Below, in pieces: positions 38,013-48,475 of a stretch of DNA of 64,000 nt (positions are counted from its first letter, which is position 1; each line of letters begins with the position of its first letter). Made by a program: the position numbers and the translations under genes. Source of the stretch: Minisyncoccota bacterium (GTDB taxonomy: Bacteria > Patescibacteriota > Minisyncoccia > Phycocordibacterales > XYD1-FULL-46-19); the NCBI GenBank assembly GCA_041665625.1, contig JBAYIK010000002.1, positions 33,126-97,125 on the forward strand. The letters run 5' to 3'. The notes below the pieces were generated by a model. The model was not told the DNA's origin. It did not search any database and saw only the letters and a list, made by a program, of their open reading frames with translations.

Positions 38013-38720
38013 TTAGAAGGTACCCCCGAGATAGGTCTCTCTGTGAATAATTAGGACTCCAAACTCAGTAATTTTCTCATAATGCAATTTTGTCCCATAA
38101 CCTTTGTGTTTATGGAGATAATGATTGGGGTATTTTTTCCCCAGTTTTATCATTTCTCTATCTCTTAAGACCTTAGCCACAATAGACGCAAGTGAGATTA
38201 CTAACTCTTTTTCATCACCTTTAATTATAGTTTGTTGATTGACCCAATCGGGTGGAGCTTTTAACCCCCCGTCAAGAAGCACGAGAGACTCGGACTGGAG
38301 CCCCGAGGGTAACCCTTGAGAGGCCTTTAAAGGGTTACCCTCTAAGCTCCCGAGACAACCGGCAATTCCTTCCCTAATAGCAAAATTTATCCCCTTCTTG
38401 TCTATAACTTTATTACTCGAAAAGGCCTGAGTAAAACTTAGCAAACCTTTTTCCTCCAATTCCTCAATCTTCGCAAACCAAAAGTCTCGCTGTTTAGCTG
38501 TTAATTTCTTCGAATCTTTGCCCACTGGATAATCTATTAATTCCTTCTTGAGCTTAGGCCAATCCTTAATTTCCCAAGCCACCGCCCCCACCGAAACAGG
38601 CCCAGCTAAGGCTCCCCGACCGGCTTCATCAATGCCAATCACCACCTTCCCCGCCAGACCTCTAATGAGCCCGAGGTCTGGCGGGCATAATTTAGTTTTT
38701 TTGTCTTTTTTTGTTAACAT
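38013..38720 (-). CDS. rnhB: Ribonuclease HII
   Basis: Motif GIDEAGRGALAGPV. Confidence 0.85.
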   Translation of the reverse strand: MLTKKDKKTKLCPPDLGLIRGLAGKVVIGIDEAGRGALAGPVSVGAVAWEIKDWPKLKKELIDYPVGKDSKKLTAKQRDFWFAKIEELEEKGLLSFTQAFSSNKVIDKKGINFAIREGIAGCLGSLEGNPLKASQGLPSGLQSESLVLLDGGLKAPPDWVNQQTIIKGDEKELVISLASIVAKVLRDREMIKLGKKYPNHYLHKHKGYGTKLHYEKITEFGVLIIHRETYLGGTF

Positions 38721-41700
38721 ACAGAGTAATTATGACCCCTTTCGTCCATCTCCATAATCACACCCATTATAGCCTCTTGGACGGGCTTATTAAAATCTCG
38801 GCTTTGGTCAAAAAGGCTAAGGAATACGAAATGCCAGCCGTCGCGATTACTGACCACGGGAGCATGTATGGGGTTATCGAATTCTATAAAAAATGCACCG
38901 CCGAAGGCATCAAGCCAATTCTTGGTTGCGAAATTTATGTCGCTGCCCGCAGTCGCTTCAATAAAGAACCACACATTGATGCTCGCCGCTATCATCTTAC
39001 CTTACTCGCAAAAGATTTAACCGGCTATCATAATTTAATTAAAATTGTTACCAAGGCCAACCTTGAGGGCTACTATTATAAACCCCGTGCCGATAAAGAA
39101 TTACTGAGGGAACATAGCGAAGGTCTCATTTGTCTCTCGGGATGTATGGGCGGCGAATTATCACGTGCCCTCACCTATGAACCAGAGAAGGCTGAAGAGG
39201 TCATCAAAGAATACCAAGAAATTTTTGGTGCCGAGAACTATTACCTCGAGATTATGCACCACCCTAAAATTGAGGGGCAACAGGAAGTTACTGATAAAAT
39301 TATTGCTCTTGGGAAAAAACTAAGTATTCCCCTCGTCGCAACTCAAGATACGCATTACCTCAATAAAGATGACGCGATTGCCCACCACACTCTGCTCTCC
39401 ATCCAAACCGGGACGGACCTCTCCGATCTCAAGGGAGTAACTAATACCGAAGAAGATTTTTCTTTTATCTCCGGGGATGAGATGGCTAAAAATTTTGCCC
39501 ACGTGCCCGAAGCGATTGAGAATTCTCTCAAGATCGCTGATCGTTGTAATGTTACTTTAGAACTTGGCAAATGGACCTTCCCTAATTACCCGATTCCAGA
39601 AGGTGCCACTTACGACACAGAGCTTAAGAGAATGGCTGAAGAAGGTCTAATTGGATATCTAAAAGAAAATCCCGAACGTGCTGAAGAGGCCCGACAAAGA
39701 CTCGACTACGAGTTCGACGTTATTAGCAAAAAAGGTTACTCTCCATACTTCTTAGTCGTGTCAGACTTAATTCATCATGCCAACGAGACAGGAATCTTCA
39801 CTAACACTCGAGGTTCAGCCGCTGGTTCTTTTATTTCTTTTATTATTGGGATTACCAACGTTGATCCCCTCTATTACGAACTCCCCTTCGAACGATTCTT
39901 GAATGCCGATCGACCTTCACCTCCCGATATCGATATGGACTATGCGGACAAGAGACGTGACGAGATTATTAGCTATGCCAGACAAAAATACGGCGAAGAT
40001 CATGTCGCCCAGATTGGAACCTTCGGTTCAATGATGGCTCGTGGAGCAGTGCGTGATGTGGCTCGCGCCCTAGGCTATCCTTATGCCGTCGGAGATACTA
40101 TCTCCAAGCTCGTCCCTATGGGCTCACAGGGCTTCCCTATGACACTCACTCGTGCCCTCGAGATGGTGCCCGAACTTGAAGAAATGTATAAGAAGGATGC
40201 CGATACCAAACGCATCATTGATCTCGCCAAAAAAATTGAGGGTTGTGCCCGTCACATCTCCGTCCACGCCGCTGGCGTCGTTATCTCGCCAACTCCTATC
40301 ACCGACTTCACTCCAATTCAATTCGACCCCAAGGGAGGTAAGACCATTACTCAATATGAAATGCACGCCGTTGAAGATGCCGGACTCCTTAAGTATGACT
40401 TCTTAGGCATCCGCAATCTTTCTATCCTTGAGGATGCCGTGAAAATTGTTCGCAAAATTTACGGCATCACCATTGATATCAATAAAATTCCGCTCGATGA
40501 CAAAAAAACTTTTGACATGCTCGCGCGCGGCGAAACCATTGGCCTCTTCCAACTAAACGGTGGTGGAATGACCCGTTGGCTCAAAGAACTCAAACCTTCA
40601 ACGATCTTCGATATCAACGCTATGGTGGCACTCTATCGTCCCGGACCGATGGAAATGATTCCTGAGTATATTAAGCGCAAGCATAACCCCATGATGATCA
40701 AATATCTTGATCCGCGTATGGAACCAATCTTGAAACACTCATTCGGTGTTATCACTTACCAAGACGACGTCATGTTAATCTCGATCAAACTGGCCGGTTA
40801 TTCTTGGGTAGAAGCTGATAAATTACGCAAAGCGATGGGTAAAAAAATTCCCAAGGACATGGAGGCTCAGAAAGAAAAATTGATGACTGGTCTTAAGGCT
40901 AACGGGATGGGCGAGAAAAAGATTGCCGAACTTTGGTCACTGATTGAGCCCTTCGCCGCCTACGGATTCAACAAGGCCCATGCCGCCAGTTATGGACGTG
41001 TCGCTTATCAGACCGCCTACATGAAGGCCAATTACCCGTCAGAGTACATGACCGCCGTTCTCTCTGCTGAAGCCGGCGATACTGACAAAATTGCTGAGGT
41101 CATCCAAGAATGTCGCCGTATGGATCTCCCCGTCTTACCACCAGACGTCAACGAAAGTTTCGAGAACTTTACAGTTGTTAAAGGTCTGGGGGCTGCCGGC
41201 CTCACCCCGGCCGCCGAAATCCTCTCTAAGAAAAATACTGACAATAAAGATAAAATTCGCTTTGGTCTATACACCATTAAGAACCTTGGGGCCGAAATTG
41301 CCAACTTCATTGTGGAAGAAAGAAAAAAGAATGGCCTCTTTGTCGACTTTGCCGATTTTCTCACTCGCGTGCGCCATAAAAATATGAATAAGAAATCACT
41401 CGAGGCCCTCGCCAAGACAGGGGGCTTCGATAGTCTCGGTATGGAACGCGGACAGATTCTCGGTAATGTTGACGAGGCCCTCGCCTACAACCGTCAGGAA
41501 CTAAAGAATAATGCCAACCAAACTTCCCTATTTGGGCTGATGCCTGAGGTAATCAAACCACCAATGTTAAGACTAAAAGATGTCGAGCCCGTCGACCCTA
41601 AAACCAAGCTCGCTTGGGAAAAAGAGTTATTGGGCTTGTATGTTTCAGGTCACCCATTAGAGCCCTTCCGCGAGCGTTTTGCCAAAGCTGAGAACACTAT

Positions 41701-41971
41701 TAAATATCATCGGGAACAAAAAGAAGGCTTCCCCGCTATTACTGGCGGCGTGATTGATATCGTGCGCGAAATTATCACCAAAAATAACAAAAAGATGGCC
41801 TTCATTAAGATGTTCGACTTCACTGACCAAATTGAAGCAGTGGCCTTCTCTGACATCTATGAGAAATACAGGAACCTTCTCCTCCCCGACAAAATTGTCG
41901 CCGTCAAAGGCAAAATCTCTCACCGAAATGGCGAGCCATCTATCATCTTAGAAGCCGTGAAGGAGCTTTAG
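38711..41971 (+). CDS. dnaE: DNA polymerase III alpha subunit
   Basis: 1086 aa with the PHP domain HLHNHTHYSLLDG, palm, fingers and OB domains. Confidence 0.95.
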   Translation: MLTYRVIMTPFVHLHNHTHYSLLDGLIKISALVKKAKEYEMPAVAITDHGSMYGVIEFYKKCTAEGIKPILGCEIYVAARSRFNKEPHIDARRYHLTLLAKDLTGYHNLIKIVTKANLEGYYYKPRADKELLREHSEGLICLSGCMGGELSRALTYEPEKAEEVIKEYQEIFGAENYYLEIMHHPKIEGQQEVTDKIIALGKKLSIPLVATQDTHYLNKDDAIAHHTLLSIQTGTDLSDLKGVTNTEEDFSFISGDEMAKNFAHVPEAIENSLKIADRCNVTLELGKWTFPNYPIPEGATYDTELKRMAEEGLIGYLKENPERAEEARQRLDYEFDVISKKGYSPYFLVVSDLIHHANETGIFTNTRGSAAGSFISFIIGITNVDPLYYELPFERFLNADRPSPPDIDMDYADKRRDEIISYARQKYGEDHVAQIGTFGSMMARGAVRDVARALGYPYAVGDTISKLVPMGSQGFPMTLTRALEMVPELEEMYKKDADTKRIIDLAKKIEGCARHISVHAAGVVISPTPITDFTPIQFDPKGGKTITQYEMHAVEDAGLLKYDFLGIRNLSILEDAVKIVRKIYGITIDINKIPLDDKKTFDMLARGETIGLFQLNGGGMTRWLKELKPSTIFDINAMVALYRPGPMEMIPEYIKRKHNPMMIKYLDPRMEPILKHSFGVITYQDDVMLISIKLAGYSWVEADKLRKAMGKKIPKDMEAQKEKLMTGLKANGMGEKKIAELWSLIEPFAAYGFNKAHAASYGRVAYQTAYMKANYPSEYMTAVLSAEAGDTDKIAEVIQECRRMDLPVLPPDVNESFENFTVVKGLGAAGLTPAAEILSKKNTDNKDKIRFGLYTIKNLGAEIANFIVEERKKNGLFVDFADFLTRVRHKNMNKKSLEALAKTGGFDSLGMERGQILGNVDEALAYNRQELKNNANQTSLFGLMPEVIKPPMLRLKDVEPVDPKTKLAWEKELLGLYVSGHPLEPFRERFAKAENTIKYHREQKEGFPAITGGVIDIVREIITKNNKKMAFIKMFDFTDQIEAVAFSDIYEKYRNLLLPDKIVAVKGKISHRNGEPSIILEAVKEL

Positions 41972-43063
41972 TTATTTTGTTAAAAATTTAAAACTGGCAC
42001 TTATTTCGCCATCAAGACATTTGCTATAAGATTCAGACGGAGTAAAAGAACAGGCTTGGCCCAAGTTCCAGGCCGCCACTAAATTACCAGCGGGAAAATA
42101 CAAAATGCGATAAACATAGTTCACTGGGCATTTAGTCTCATCTAAATCTAGTCCATCACCTTCAATTTTAACAGAAAAAACACCATTTTGAATTGCTGGG
42201 GTTTTACTTCCCAACTTACAAGAAGGCCCATAATTATCTTTTATAAACTTCTCTAAATCAACGTCGGCATAAACTTTTTTTGTCTTTATCTCCCAGCCTT
42301 GAGAATAAATAGACGACGCCTTTTGTAATTCAGTGAGAGAGTTCTGTTCTTTGCCACAAGCGGAATATTTATGAATGCCCCCCAATATTTTCTCCCCACT
42401 TAAGCGATAAAAATATTCGTTAGTAATATAGACGTTTTCTCCATCCTCGAAAATTTTAGTTGGAATCGAACTTCCCACTGGCCGATAAGAATTATCTTCA
42501 CCCGCGATATAACGGCAAGGAGCACCATTTCCAAAATAAGCGGTTCCGGGATATTTAATTGAAAATCCCAATTTCTCATTGTTGTAGGTCGGCCAATTAG
42601 CGGGATTGTCTTGATTTATCCACATACCTTGGGTTGTGGTGCCAGGGTGGCACTTAGCTTCATCCCGCCCCTTACAGGTCGCAACATTCGAAGTAGCCGT
42701 AGAGGTGGCGACTGAGGCTGAGGTCTCCGCCTTCTGTAAGCGTAGTAATACTAAAAGCTGTTTTTGGAGAGTAAGTATCTGTCTAAGGATATTGGCTCTA
42801 AACGAAGACCAATTCGAAGCTAAGGGATTTTTTACACAAGTGTCGACATCGGCTTCAGCCAGACACCCAGGACAAATAGGAAGAGTCGATTTGAAAACAA
42901 GATCGGCGCAACAAACTCGGTTATCTTGACCGCCGGTCGGTAAGGGCATCAGTGACTTCTCTTCCCCCTCCTTGAGGCAATTATTGGTGGCAGCATTAGT
43001 AACAATTGGCAAAACAAAAAAGAGCGCTAATAAAACGGAGACTAAAAATAAGTAATTTTTCAT
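41972..43063 (-). CDS. Hypothetical secreted Cys-rich protein
   Basis: Signal/TM sequence MKNYLFLVSVLLALFFVLPIVTNA at the internal ATG 43063. The ORF track extends to 43255. Confidence 0.5.
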   Translation of the reverse strand: MKNYLFLVSVLLALFFVLPIVTNAATNNCLKEGEEKSLMPLPTGGQDNRVCCADLVFKSTLPICPGCLAEADVDTCVKNPLASNWSSFRANILRQILTLQKQLLVLLRLQKAETSASVATSTATSNVATCKGRDEAKCHPGTTTQGMWINQDNPANWPTYNNEKLGFSIKYPGTAYFGNGAPCRYIAGEDNSYRPVGSSIPTKIFEDGENVYITNEYFYRLSGEKILGGIHKYSACGKEQNSLTELQKASSIYSQGWEIKTKKVYADVDLEKFIKDNYGPSCKLGSKTPAIQNGVFSVKIEGDGLDLDETKCPVNYVYRILYFPAGNLVAAWNLGQACSFTPSESYSKCLDGEISASFKFLTK

Positions 43064-43304
43064 ACCCAAATAATAACGCAATTTGACAATCAACACCAGA
43101 CAGCCTACTATTAAAGTAACGTTAGAGATTGCGGGAGTTACCAATTCCCGACTCGCCAGGCGAGTTTCTTGAAGAACTAATCTAACTAAAAATGAGAACA
43201 AATTCGGGTGGAACCGCGTGATTTTAAAATAATAATCTCGCCCCGATAAAAACACTTTGTGTTTTTATCGGGGCGTTTCGTTTTATAAATTAATTTCAAA
43301 AAAT

Positions 43305-43685
43305 ATGGATTTAAAAAAATACCAAAAAATGTGCGGGGATACCGCTGCTCATTACAAAAGCAAGGATCTAGAAATTGCGACTTGGGGCCTAGGTGTCTCA
43401 GGCGAAGCTGGCGATGTCGCCAGTTGCATCAAAAAATATTACGCCCACAAAAATAAAGATGTTAAGGACGGAATAAAAGAAAATATTGGCGACATGCTCT
43501 GGTATACCGCTATGGTCTGCAATTTCTTTGGTTGGCAATTATCTGACATTCTTGAAGAAAACCAGAAAAAATTAGCTCTGCGTTATCCCAAAGGTTTTAC
43601 TTACAAAAGAGCTCAGAGAAAAATGATCAAGTGGAGCGGAGAAAAAGAAGTTAAAAAAACTATTATCAAAAATAAAAAGAAATAA
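43305..43685 (+). CDS. MazG-like nucleotide pyrophosphohydrolase
   Basis: EIGDMLWY-type helix. The start is at MDLKKYQ. Confidence 0.55.
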   Translation: MDLKKYQKMCGDTAAHYKSKDLEIATWGLGVSGEAGDVASCIKKYYAHKNKDVKDGIKENIGDMLWYTAMVCNFFGWQLSDILEENQKKLALRYPKGFTYKRAQRKMIKWSGEKEVKKTIIKNKKK

Positions 43686-43687
43686 TT

Positions 43688-45433
43688 ATGGAAAATGATA
43701 TAAACAAAATTCGGCACTCGCTCGCCCACTTATTAGCGATCGCCGTGAAGGCTAAATATCCTGAAGCTAAGTTAGGGATTGGCCCAACAATTGAAAATGG
43801 CTTCTACTACGACTTTGACTTCGGAGCAAGTGTCCCGCCAGAGAACGAGCTCTTAGATCTCGAGAAAGATATGCGCGCGCTTGTCTCTAAGAATATCGAC
43901 TTCGTTCGCTCCGAGATTAGCTCCGACGAAGCAAAAAATATCTTTACTGACGAGCCTTATAAGCTTGAATTAATTGCTGATCTAGAGAAGACTGGCGAAC
44001 AAATTTCTACCTACACATCAGACAGCTTGACCGACCTCTGTGCCGGTCCCCATGTAGCAAGTACGGGAGAGATCGCCCGTGACGCCTTCAAGCTCACTCG
44101 CATTGCTGGCGCCTACTGGCGCGGGGATGAGAAAAACAAAATGCTCACCCGTATCTACGGTGTTGCCTTTGCTAACAAAAAAGATTTGGATGATTACTTA
44201 GAGATGATAGTCGAGGCCGAAAAAAGAGATCATCGCAAACTCGGCAAAGAATTAGAAATTTTTACCTTCGACGATGATGTTGGTGCCGGTCTCCCCTTGT
44301 GGCTTCCTAATGGCACTATTATTATCGATGAACTTGAAAAATTAGCTAAAGAAACTGAGGCTGATGGTGGATATCTTCGCGTTCGCACACCTCATTTAGC
44401 CAAAGAATCCATGTATCTCAAGAGTGGTCATTTGCCTTACTATCAAGACAGCATGTTCCCTCCGATGGAATATGAGGGTATGAAATATTACCTTAAGGCA
44501 ATGAACTGCCCCCACCATCACAAAATTTTTGGTCACAAAACTAGGAGTTACAAAGAATTGCCTGTTCGCCTAGCGGAATATGGGACTTGTTATCGTCACG
44601 AAAAATCCGGCGAGCTCTTCGGCTTAATGCGCGTACGCATGATGCAAATGAACGATGCTCATATCTACTGCTCCAAAGAACAATTTGCTCAAGAATTCAA
44701 AGCGGTGAATGAGATGTACCTCAAGTATTTCAAAATTTTTGGTGTGGACAAATATGTAATGCGTCTCTCAACTCATGATCCTAAAAAATTAGGAGAAAAA
44801 TATGTTAACGAACCAGAGCTCTGGCTTGAGACAGAAAAAATGGTTCGAGACACTCTAATCGAAGCCAAGATTCCTTATGTTGAGGTTCCCAACGAAGCAG
44901 CTTTCTATGGACCAAAGATTGACGTCCAAGTTTGGAGTGCTATTGGCCGAGAATTTACCCTCGCAACAAACCAAGTAGACTTTGCTGTGCCTAAGCGCTT
45001 CGGTCTAACTTATGCTGATGCCGAAGGGAAACAAGAAACTCCGCTCTGTATCCATCGTGCGCCCCTTGGCACTCACGAACGCTTTGTTGGGTTCTTAATC
45101 GAACACTATGCCGGTAACTTCCCTACCTGGCTCGCGCCAACACAAGTGAAAATTATCCCTGTGCTAGAAAATCATAATGATTATGCGCAGAGCGTTTACA
45201 AAGAATTAAGAGCTCTCGATATCCGTGCCAGTATTGATGATAGCGATGAAGGTATGGGCAAAAAAATTCGCGAAGGCAAGGTCAACAAAATCCCCTACAT
45301 GATTGTCATCGGCGACAAAGAAATTGAAGAAAAAATGATTACCGTTGAGAAGCGTGGGGGCGACAAGGGAGAATTGATGCCTCTCGCTGATTTTGCGAAA
45401 AATATTGTTGAGGAAATAAAAGAAAGAAAATAA
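43688..45433 (+). CDS. thrS: Threonine--tRNA ligase (short form lacking the N-terminal TGS domains)
   Basis: Editing-domain HxxxH motif IRHSLAHLLA, class II motifs, and a C-terminal anticodon-binding domain. Confidence 0.9.
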   Translation: MENDINKIRHSLAHLLAIAVKAKYPEAKLGIGPTIENGFYYDFDFGASVPPENELLDLEKDMRALVSKNIDFVRSEISSDEAKNIFTDEPYKLELIADLEKTGEQISTYTSDSLTDLCAGPHVASTGEIARDAFKLTRIAGAYWRGDEKNKMLTRIYGVAFANKKDLDDYLEMIVEAEKRDHRKLGKELEIFTFDDDVGAGLPLWLPNGTIIIDELEKLAKETEADGGYLRVRTPHLAKESMYLKSGHLPYYQDSMFPPMEYEGMKYYLKAMNCPHHHKIFGHKTRSYKELPVRLAEYGTCYRHEKSGELFGLMRVRMMQMNDAHIYCSKEQFAQEFKAVNEMYLKYFKIFGVDKYVMRLSTHDPKKLGEKYVNEPELWLETEKMVRDTLIEAKIPYVEVPNEAAFYGPKIDVQVWSAIGREFTLATNQVDFAVPKRFGLTYADAEGKQETPLCIHRAPLGTHERFVGFLIEHYAGNFPTWLAPTQVKIIPVLENHNDYAQSVYKELRALDIRASIDDSDEGMGKKIREGKVNKIPYMIVIGDKEIEEKMITVEKRGGDKGELMPLADFAKNIVEEIKERK

Positions 45434-45436
45434 TCA

Positions 45437-45622
45437 AGCTCGGCGTCGTTCGGTAAAACAACCTCGCGGAGCTACGGCCAGCTGGTTTTTGCCATTTGGT
45501 CGCAGACCGGCAATATCAAGGTCCGACCTTGATATTGCGATGGCAAAATGGCCGTCGCGGAGAGTAAAAAAACCATTCGCAGGAATGGTTTTCTGTGTTG
45601 TTTTACTGAAGCGACGCCGAGC
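45437..45622. repeat. 186-bp palindromic MITE-like element with terminal inverted repeats, copy C
   Basis: TIR agctcggcgtcgttcggtaaaacaac ... gttgttttactgaagcgacgccgagc, an internal near-palindrome ggccagctggtttttgccat...atggcaaaatggcc, and the hairpin aaaaccattcgcaggaatggtttt. About 95% identical to copy D. It starts 3 nt after the thrS stop. Confidence 0.8.
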
Positions 45623-45766
45623 ACCCCTAGGCGTTATCGAACACCCAGTGTTAGATAATAAGAAATATATGTTGCCCACCCAGACCAATCTTCTAAAAAG
45701 TCCTCGGATCTCCTCGTGTATCTCGGCCAGACATTTTTATAAGCTTGTCTGGGCGGGGGCCATCCC

Positions 45767-45800
45767 AAAAGTGGCAAACACCAGGTGTTTGCCACTTTTT
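45767..45800. terminator. Terminator downstream of the 860-aa surface protein gene
   Basis: AAAAGTGGCAAACACC-agg-TGTTTGCCACTTTTTG. Confidence 0.6.
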
Positions 45801-45802
45801 GT

Positions 45803-48385
45803 TTACATTTTCTCAACCACCTTCCTCGTCACCGCCCCAAAGTACCCCTTGGCTGGCTTAATCTTGTTGGCCGTCTGGAACTTGATGAGAGCTTGTTGGG
45901 TAAGTTTGCCAAAGAGAGTTGTCTCATTGCCTAGAGAACCAAGGCCCTTGGTATCAACAGGATAGCCGTGGGTGTTTAAGAATTGTTGGAGTAGTTTGAC
46001 TTCAGAGTGTTTGGTGCCGAGTTTGAGATCACGGGTGAAGTTTGCTGCGCCCCGTGGGAGCAGAGCGACTTTACGGGCGAGGGTGGAAGTAGCAGAATCT
46101 GGCGTGAGATATTTAGCTTTAAGTTCATTAGCCAGTTTAATATTCCCCATGGCGTTGAGATTAGAGATTTGACTTTGGACGGAGTTGCCAGAGGAATGAG
46201 AGGCGGGGGCTTCAGGAGTAACGACAATATCAGGGACTTTAACTAGTTCAAAAGTATGAGTGGAGTAACCTCCTACGTAAGTGAAAGAGATTTTGCCATC
46301 GTCATCGGACATACATACGCCGTTGGTGCATTGGGAGTTGTCGGTGATGGCGGTGGTGGAGGCTGAGCCATCAAGCTTGAAAGTGTAGTTAACATTAGGG
46401 ACTAAGTCTCCAATGGTGTAGGTGGTGGAGGTGGCAACAGATGATGAGGCTGTCCAACTTTTATTTTGATCACCTGACTTGTCCCAAGTATTAATTACAA
46501 CATCAAGATAATCGGAATAGTTATTGGGGTCATAATCGCCAACTGGAGCAACAGCAAAGTCAGCTGTGACAGAGCTTGAGGTTGCTGAAGTGTAACGATA
46601 TTTGCCACTTTTATAAATCTTGATGTTGCCAGTGTGTTGAACAGGAGTACTGGTGGCGGAGTATTGAGGAGAATAATAAAGGTAGGCGGCAGTTGAAGCC
46701 ATCAAATTTTTACCCGTAGAGTTGGGGTGAACATTTTCTGCTATATCATAATAACCATCGGGCGAAGGAGACTGCCAAAGAGGATTTAGCATCATTTGAT
46801 CTAAATATGAACCACAAACATACCCCCTGATAACACAGTTAGCTTCAACCAGCTCATTTATCTCATGAATTTTTTCATCAGTATATAATTGGTTATTATT
46901 GAATGAGCCGTTACCAATCCAAATCGGAGTCGCACCCCAATCATTGATCTTATCCAAGATAGAAGTAATATAGTTAGCGTATTCCTGAGAAGTAGGGTAA
47001 GTGGAATCATAATCAGGGAATCTATTCACAAAGTCATTCACTCCAATTTCTAGAAAAATTGTATTTGGAGGGGAAACCGAGGACATTAATCCATCAATAG
47101 TGCTAAAAATTCTTACCATTGTTCCACCTGACCAAGCCGCTATAGTAGGATCGGAAGCGGAAATCCCAGTCAAAGTTGTAAAATGACCAGCTGGAGATGA
47201 AGCAGAGGCAGAAATAGAATCCCCCGCAAAAGCAACTTTATTTTGTAAGACAGGATGGGCATTATCGCTAGAACATTTATAGGCTCCGACGTCATTACCA
47301 AACCAAGATTCTCCGTTTATGTCAGTTGCAGGAAGAGCTGAAATTTCGCCATGTCCACAAGCAAGAGATGACGCGCTAAGTCTAAAGTCAAATGTGGAAG
47401 TACTGACAATCAAAGGATCCAAGAAATGATTAGAACCGTCTATACTAAAAACATGGCTAGACGATAATCCCGCGTGAGACTGAAAAAGCGGAAAAGTTGT
47501 ATCATAAGGCGAAGCATGGGGATTATAATAAACATTATTTTTAATAACCCATTTATCTGGATTATTAATTGCATAAAGATAGCCATCAACAGAACTTGAA
47601 AATTGGATAAATCCATAGGCGGGGCCCATATCGGTATAGAAAATATTATTTTTTATACTCACAGAAGAGCTAGCCGCCGAATTAAGAATGGGCTGACTAA
47701 ATGAGGGATAATTCAACGCAACAATTGTCGAATTATGAAGAACTAAATTAGTCTTGACTATCATTCCTACCGCAAATTTAAAACCGTAAATAACACTACT
47801 TTCAATTGTTATATTTGCCTCCGGCTCATTAATATTACCGATCGCATACTGCGAGCCTGAAATATTATGAAGAACAGATCGCCTTATTGTAAGATTTGCT
47901 ACACCATCCCCACTACTTATCGAAATTGCTTTTTCCGCAGTAGTATTCGAATCTATCTCGCAATCTTCAAAAGTTAAAGAGCTTGGAGCATAAAGCCAAA
48001 AATAACCCTTGCCAACAGAATTAGAATTAGTGAATTTTATATGCTTAAAGGTTATATCATTAGAAACATTAGTTTGAAAATTCAAAAAAGTATAATTATT
48101 AGTATTAGTTGGCATATCCATAATAACCGTCGCCCCTTCAGGATATGCCTCAACGGTTACTGTCCCCGTACCAACCGCATTATTAATAACGGGGTTAATT
48201 CTAGTGTTGGATCCATAATAAGTGTTATATGTTCCAGCCTCAACTTTAATAGAATCTCCTTTTGCCACTCGAGAACCAGTCAGAGCATAATTTAATGTTT
48301 TCCAAGCTCCTGCACCCGTGGTTGTGCCATGGCTCGTATCATCAGTACCAGTCGTCGAGATATACCAAGTCGCCGCACTCGCCAA
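45803..48385 (-). CDS. Large secreted cell-wall-targeting enzyme: pectate-lyase-like beta-helix, SGNH/GDSL hydrolase domain and C-terminal PG_binding_1 domain. It is predicted to be phase-variable. The two ATG starts lie at 48455 and 48462 in the other two frames.
   Basis: The in-frame start is only a TTG at 48385, which gives no signal peptide. SGNH blocks FAGDSIS, EIGVNDF and DIAENVHPNSTG are present. The C-terminal PG-binding repeat is LLQQFLNTHGYPVDTKG. Both ATGs upstream of the (CT)7 tract encode the start of a signal peptide. Confidence 0.75.
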   Translation of the reverse strand: MASAATWYISTTGTDDTSHGTTTGAGAWKTLNYALTGSRVAKGDSIKVEAGTYNTYYGSNTRINPVINNAVGTGTVTVEAYPEGATVIMDMPTNTNNYTFLNFQTNVSNDITFKHIKFTNSNSVGKGYFWLYAPSSLTFEDCEIDSNTTAEKAISISSGDGVANLTIRRSVLHNISGSQYAIGNINEPEANITIESSVIYGFKFAVGMIVKTNLVLHNSTIVALNYPSFSQPILNSAASSSVSIKNNIFYTDMGPAYGFIQFSSSVDGYLYAINNPDKWVIKNNVYYNPHASPYDTTFPLFQSHAGLSSSHVFSIDGSNHFLDPLIVSTSTFDFRLSASSLACGHGEISALPATDINGESWFGNDVGAYKCSSDNAHPVLQNKVAFAGDSISASASSPAGHFTTLTGISASDPTIAAWSGGTMVRIFSTIDGLMSSVSPPNTIFLEIGVNDFVNRFPDYDSTYPTSQEYANYITSILDKINDWGATPIWIGNGSFNNNQLYTDEKIHEINELVEANCVIRGYVCGSYLDQMMLNPLWQSPSPDGYYDIAENVHPNSTGKNLMASTAAYLYYSPQYSATSTPVQHTGNIKIYKSGKYRYTSATSSSVTADFAVAPVGDYDPNNYSDYLDVVINTWDKSGDQNKSWTASSSVATSTTYTIGDLVPNVNYTFKLDGSASTTAITDNSQCTNGVCMSDDDGKISFTYVGGYSTHTFELVKVPDIVVTPEAPASHSSGNSVQSQISNLNAMGNIKLANELKAKYLTPDSATSTLARKVALLPRGAANFTRDLKLGTKHSEVKLLQQFLNTHGYPVDTKGLGSLGNETTLFGKLTQQALIKFQTANKIKPAKGYFGAVTRKVVEKM

Positions 48386-48421
48386 GGACGGAAAACTAAA
48401 AAGAATACCCAGGGCGATTAC

Positions 48422-48436
48422 GAGAGAGAGAGAGAG
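48422..48436 (-). repeat. (CT)7C dinucleotide tract, a candidate slipped-strand phase-variation switch
   Basis: The forward strand reads gagagagagagagag. Adding one CT unit puts ATG 48455 in frame, giving MKNPLFTLSLSLVIALGILFSFPSLASA|ATW. Removing one CT unit puts ATG 48462 in frame, giving MKYEKSTFYSLSLVIALGILFSFPSLASA|ATW. Confidence 0.7.
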
Positions 48437-48475
48437 TAAAAAGTGGATTTTTCATATTTCATATAATTACCTTAG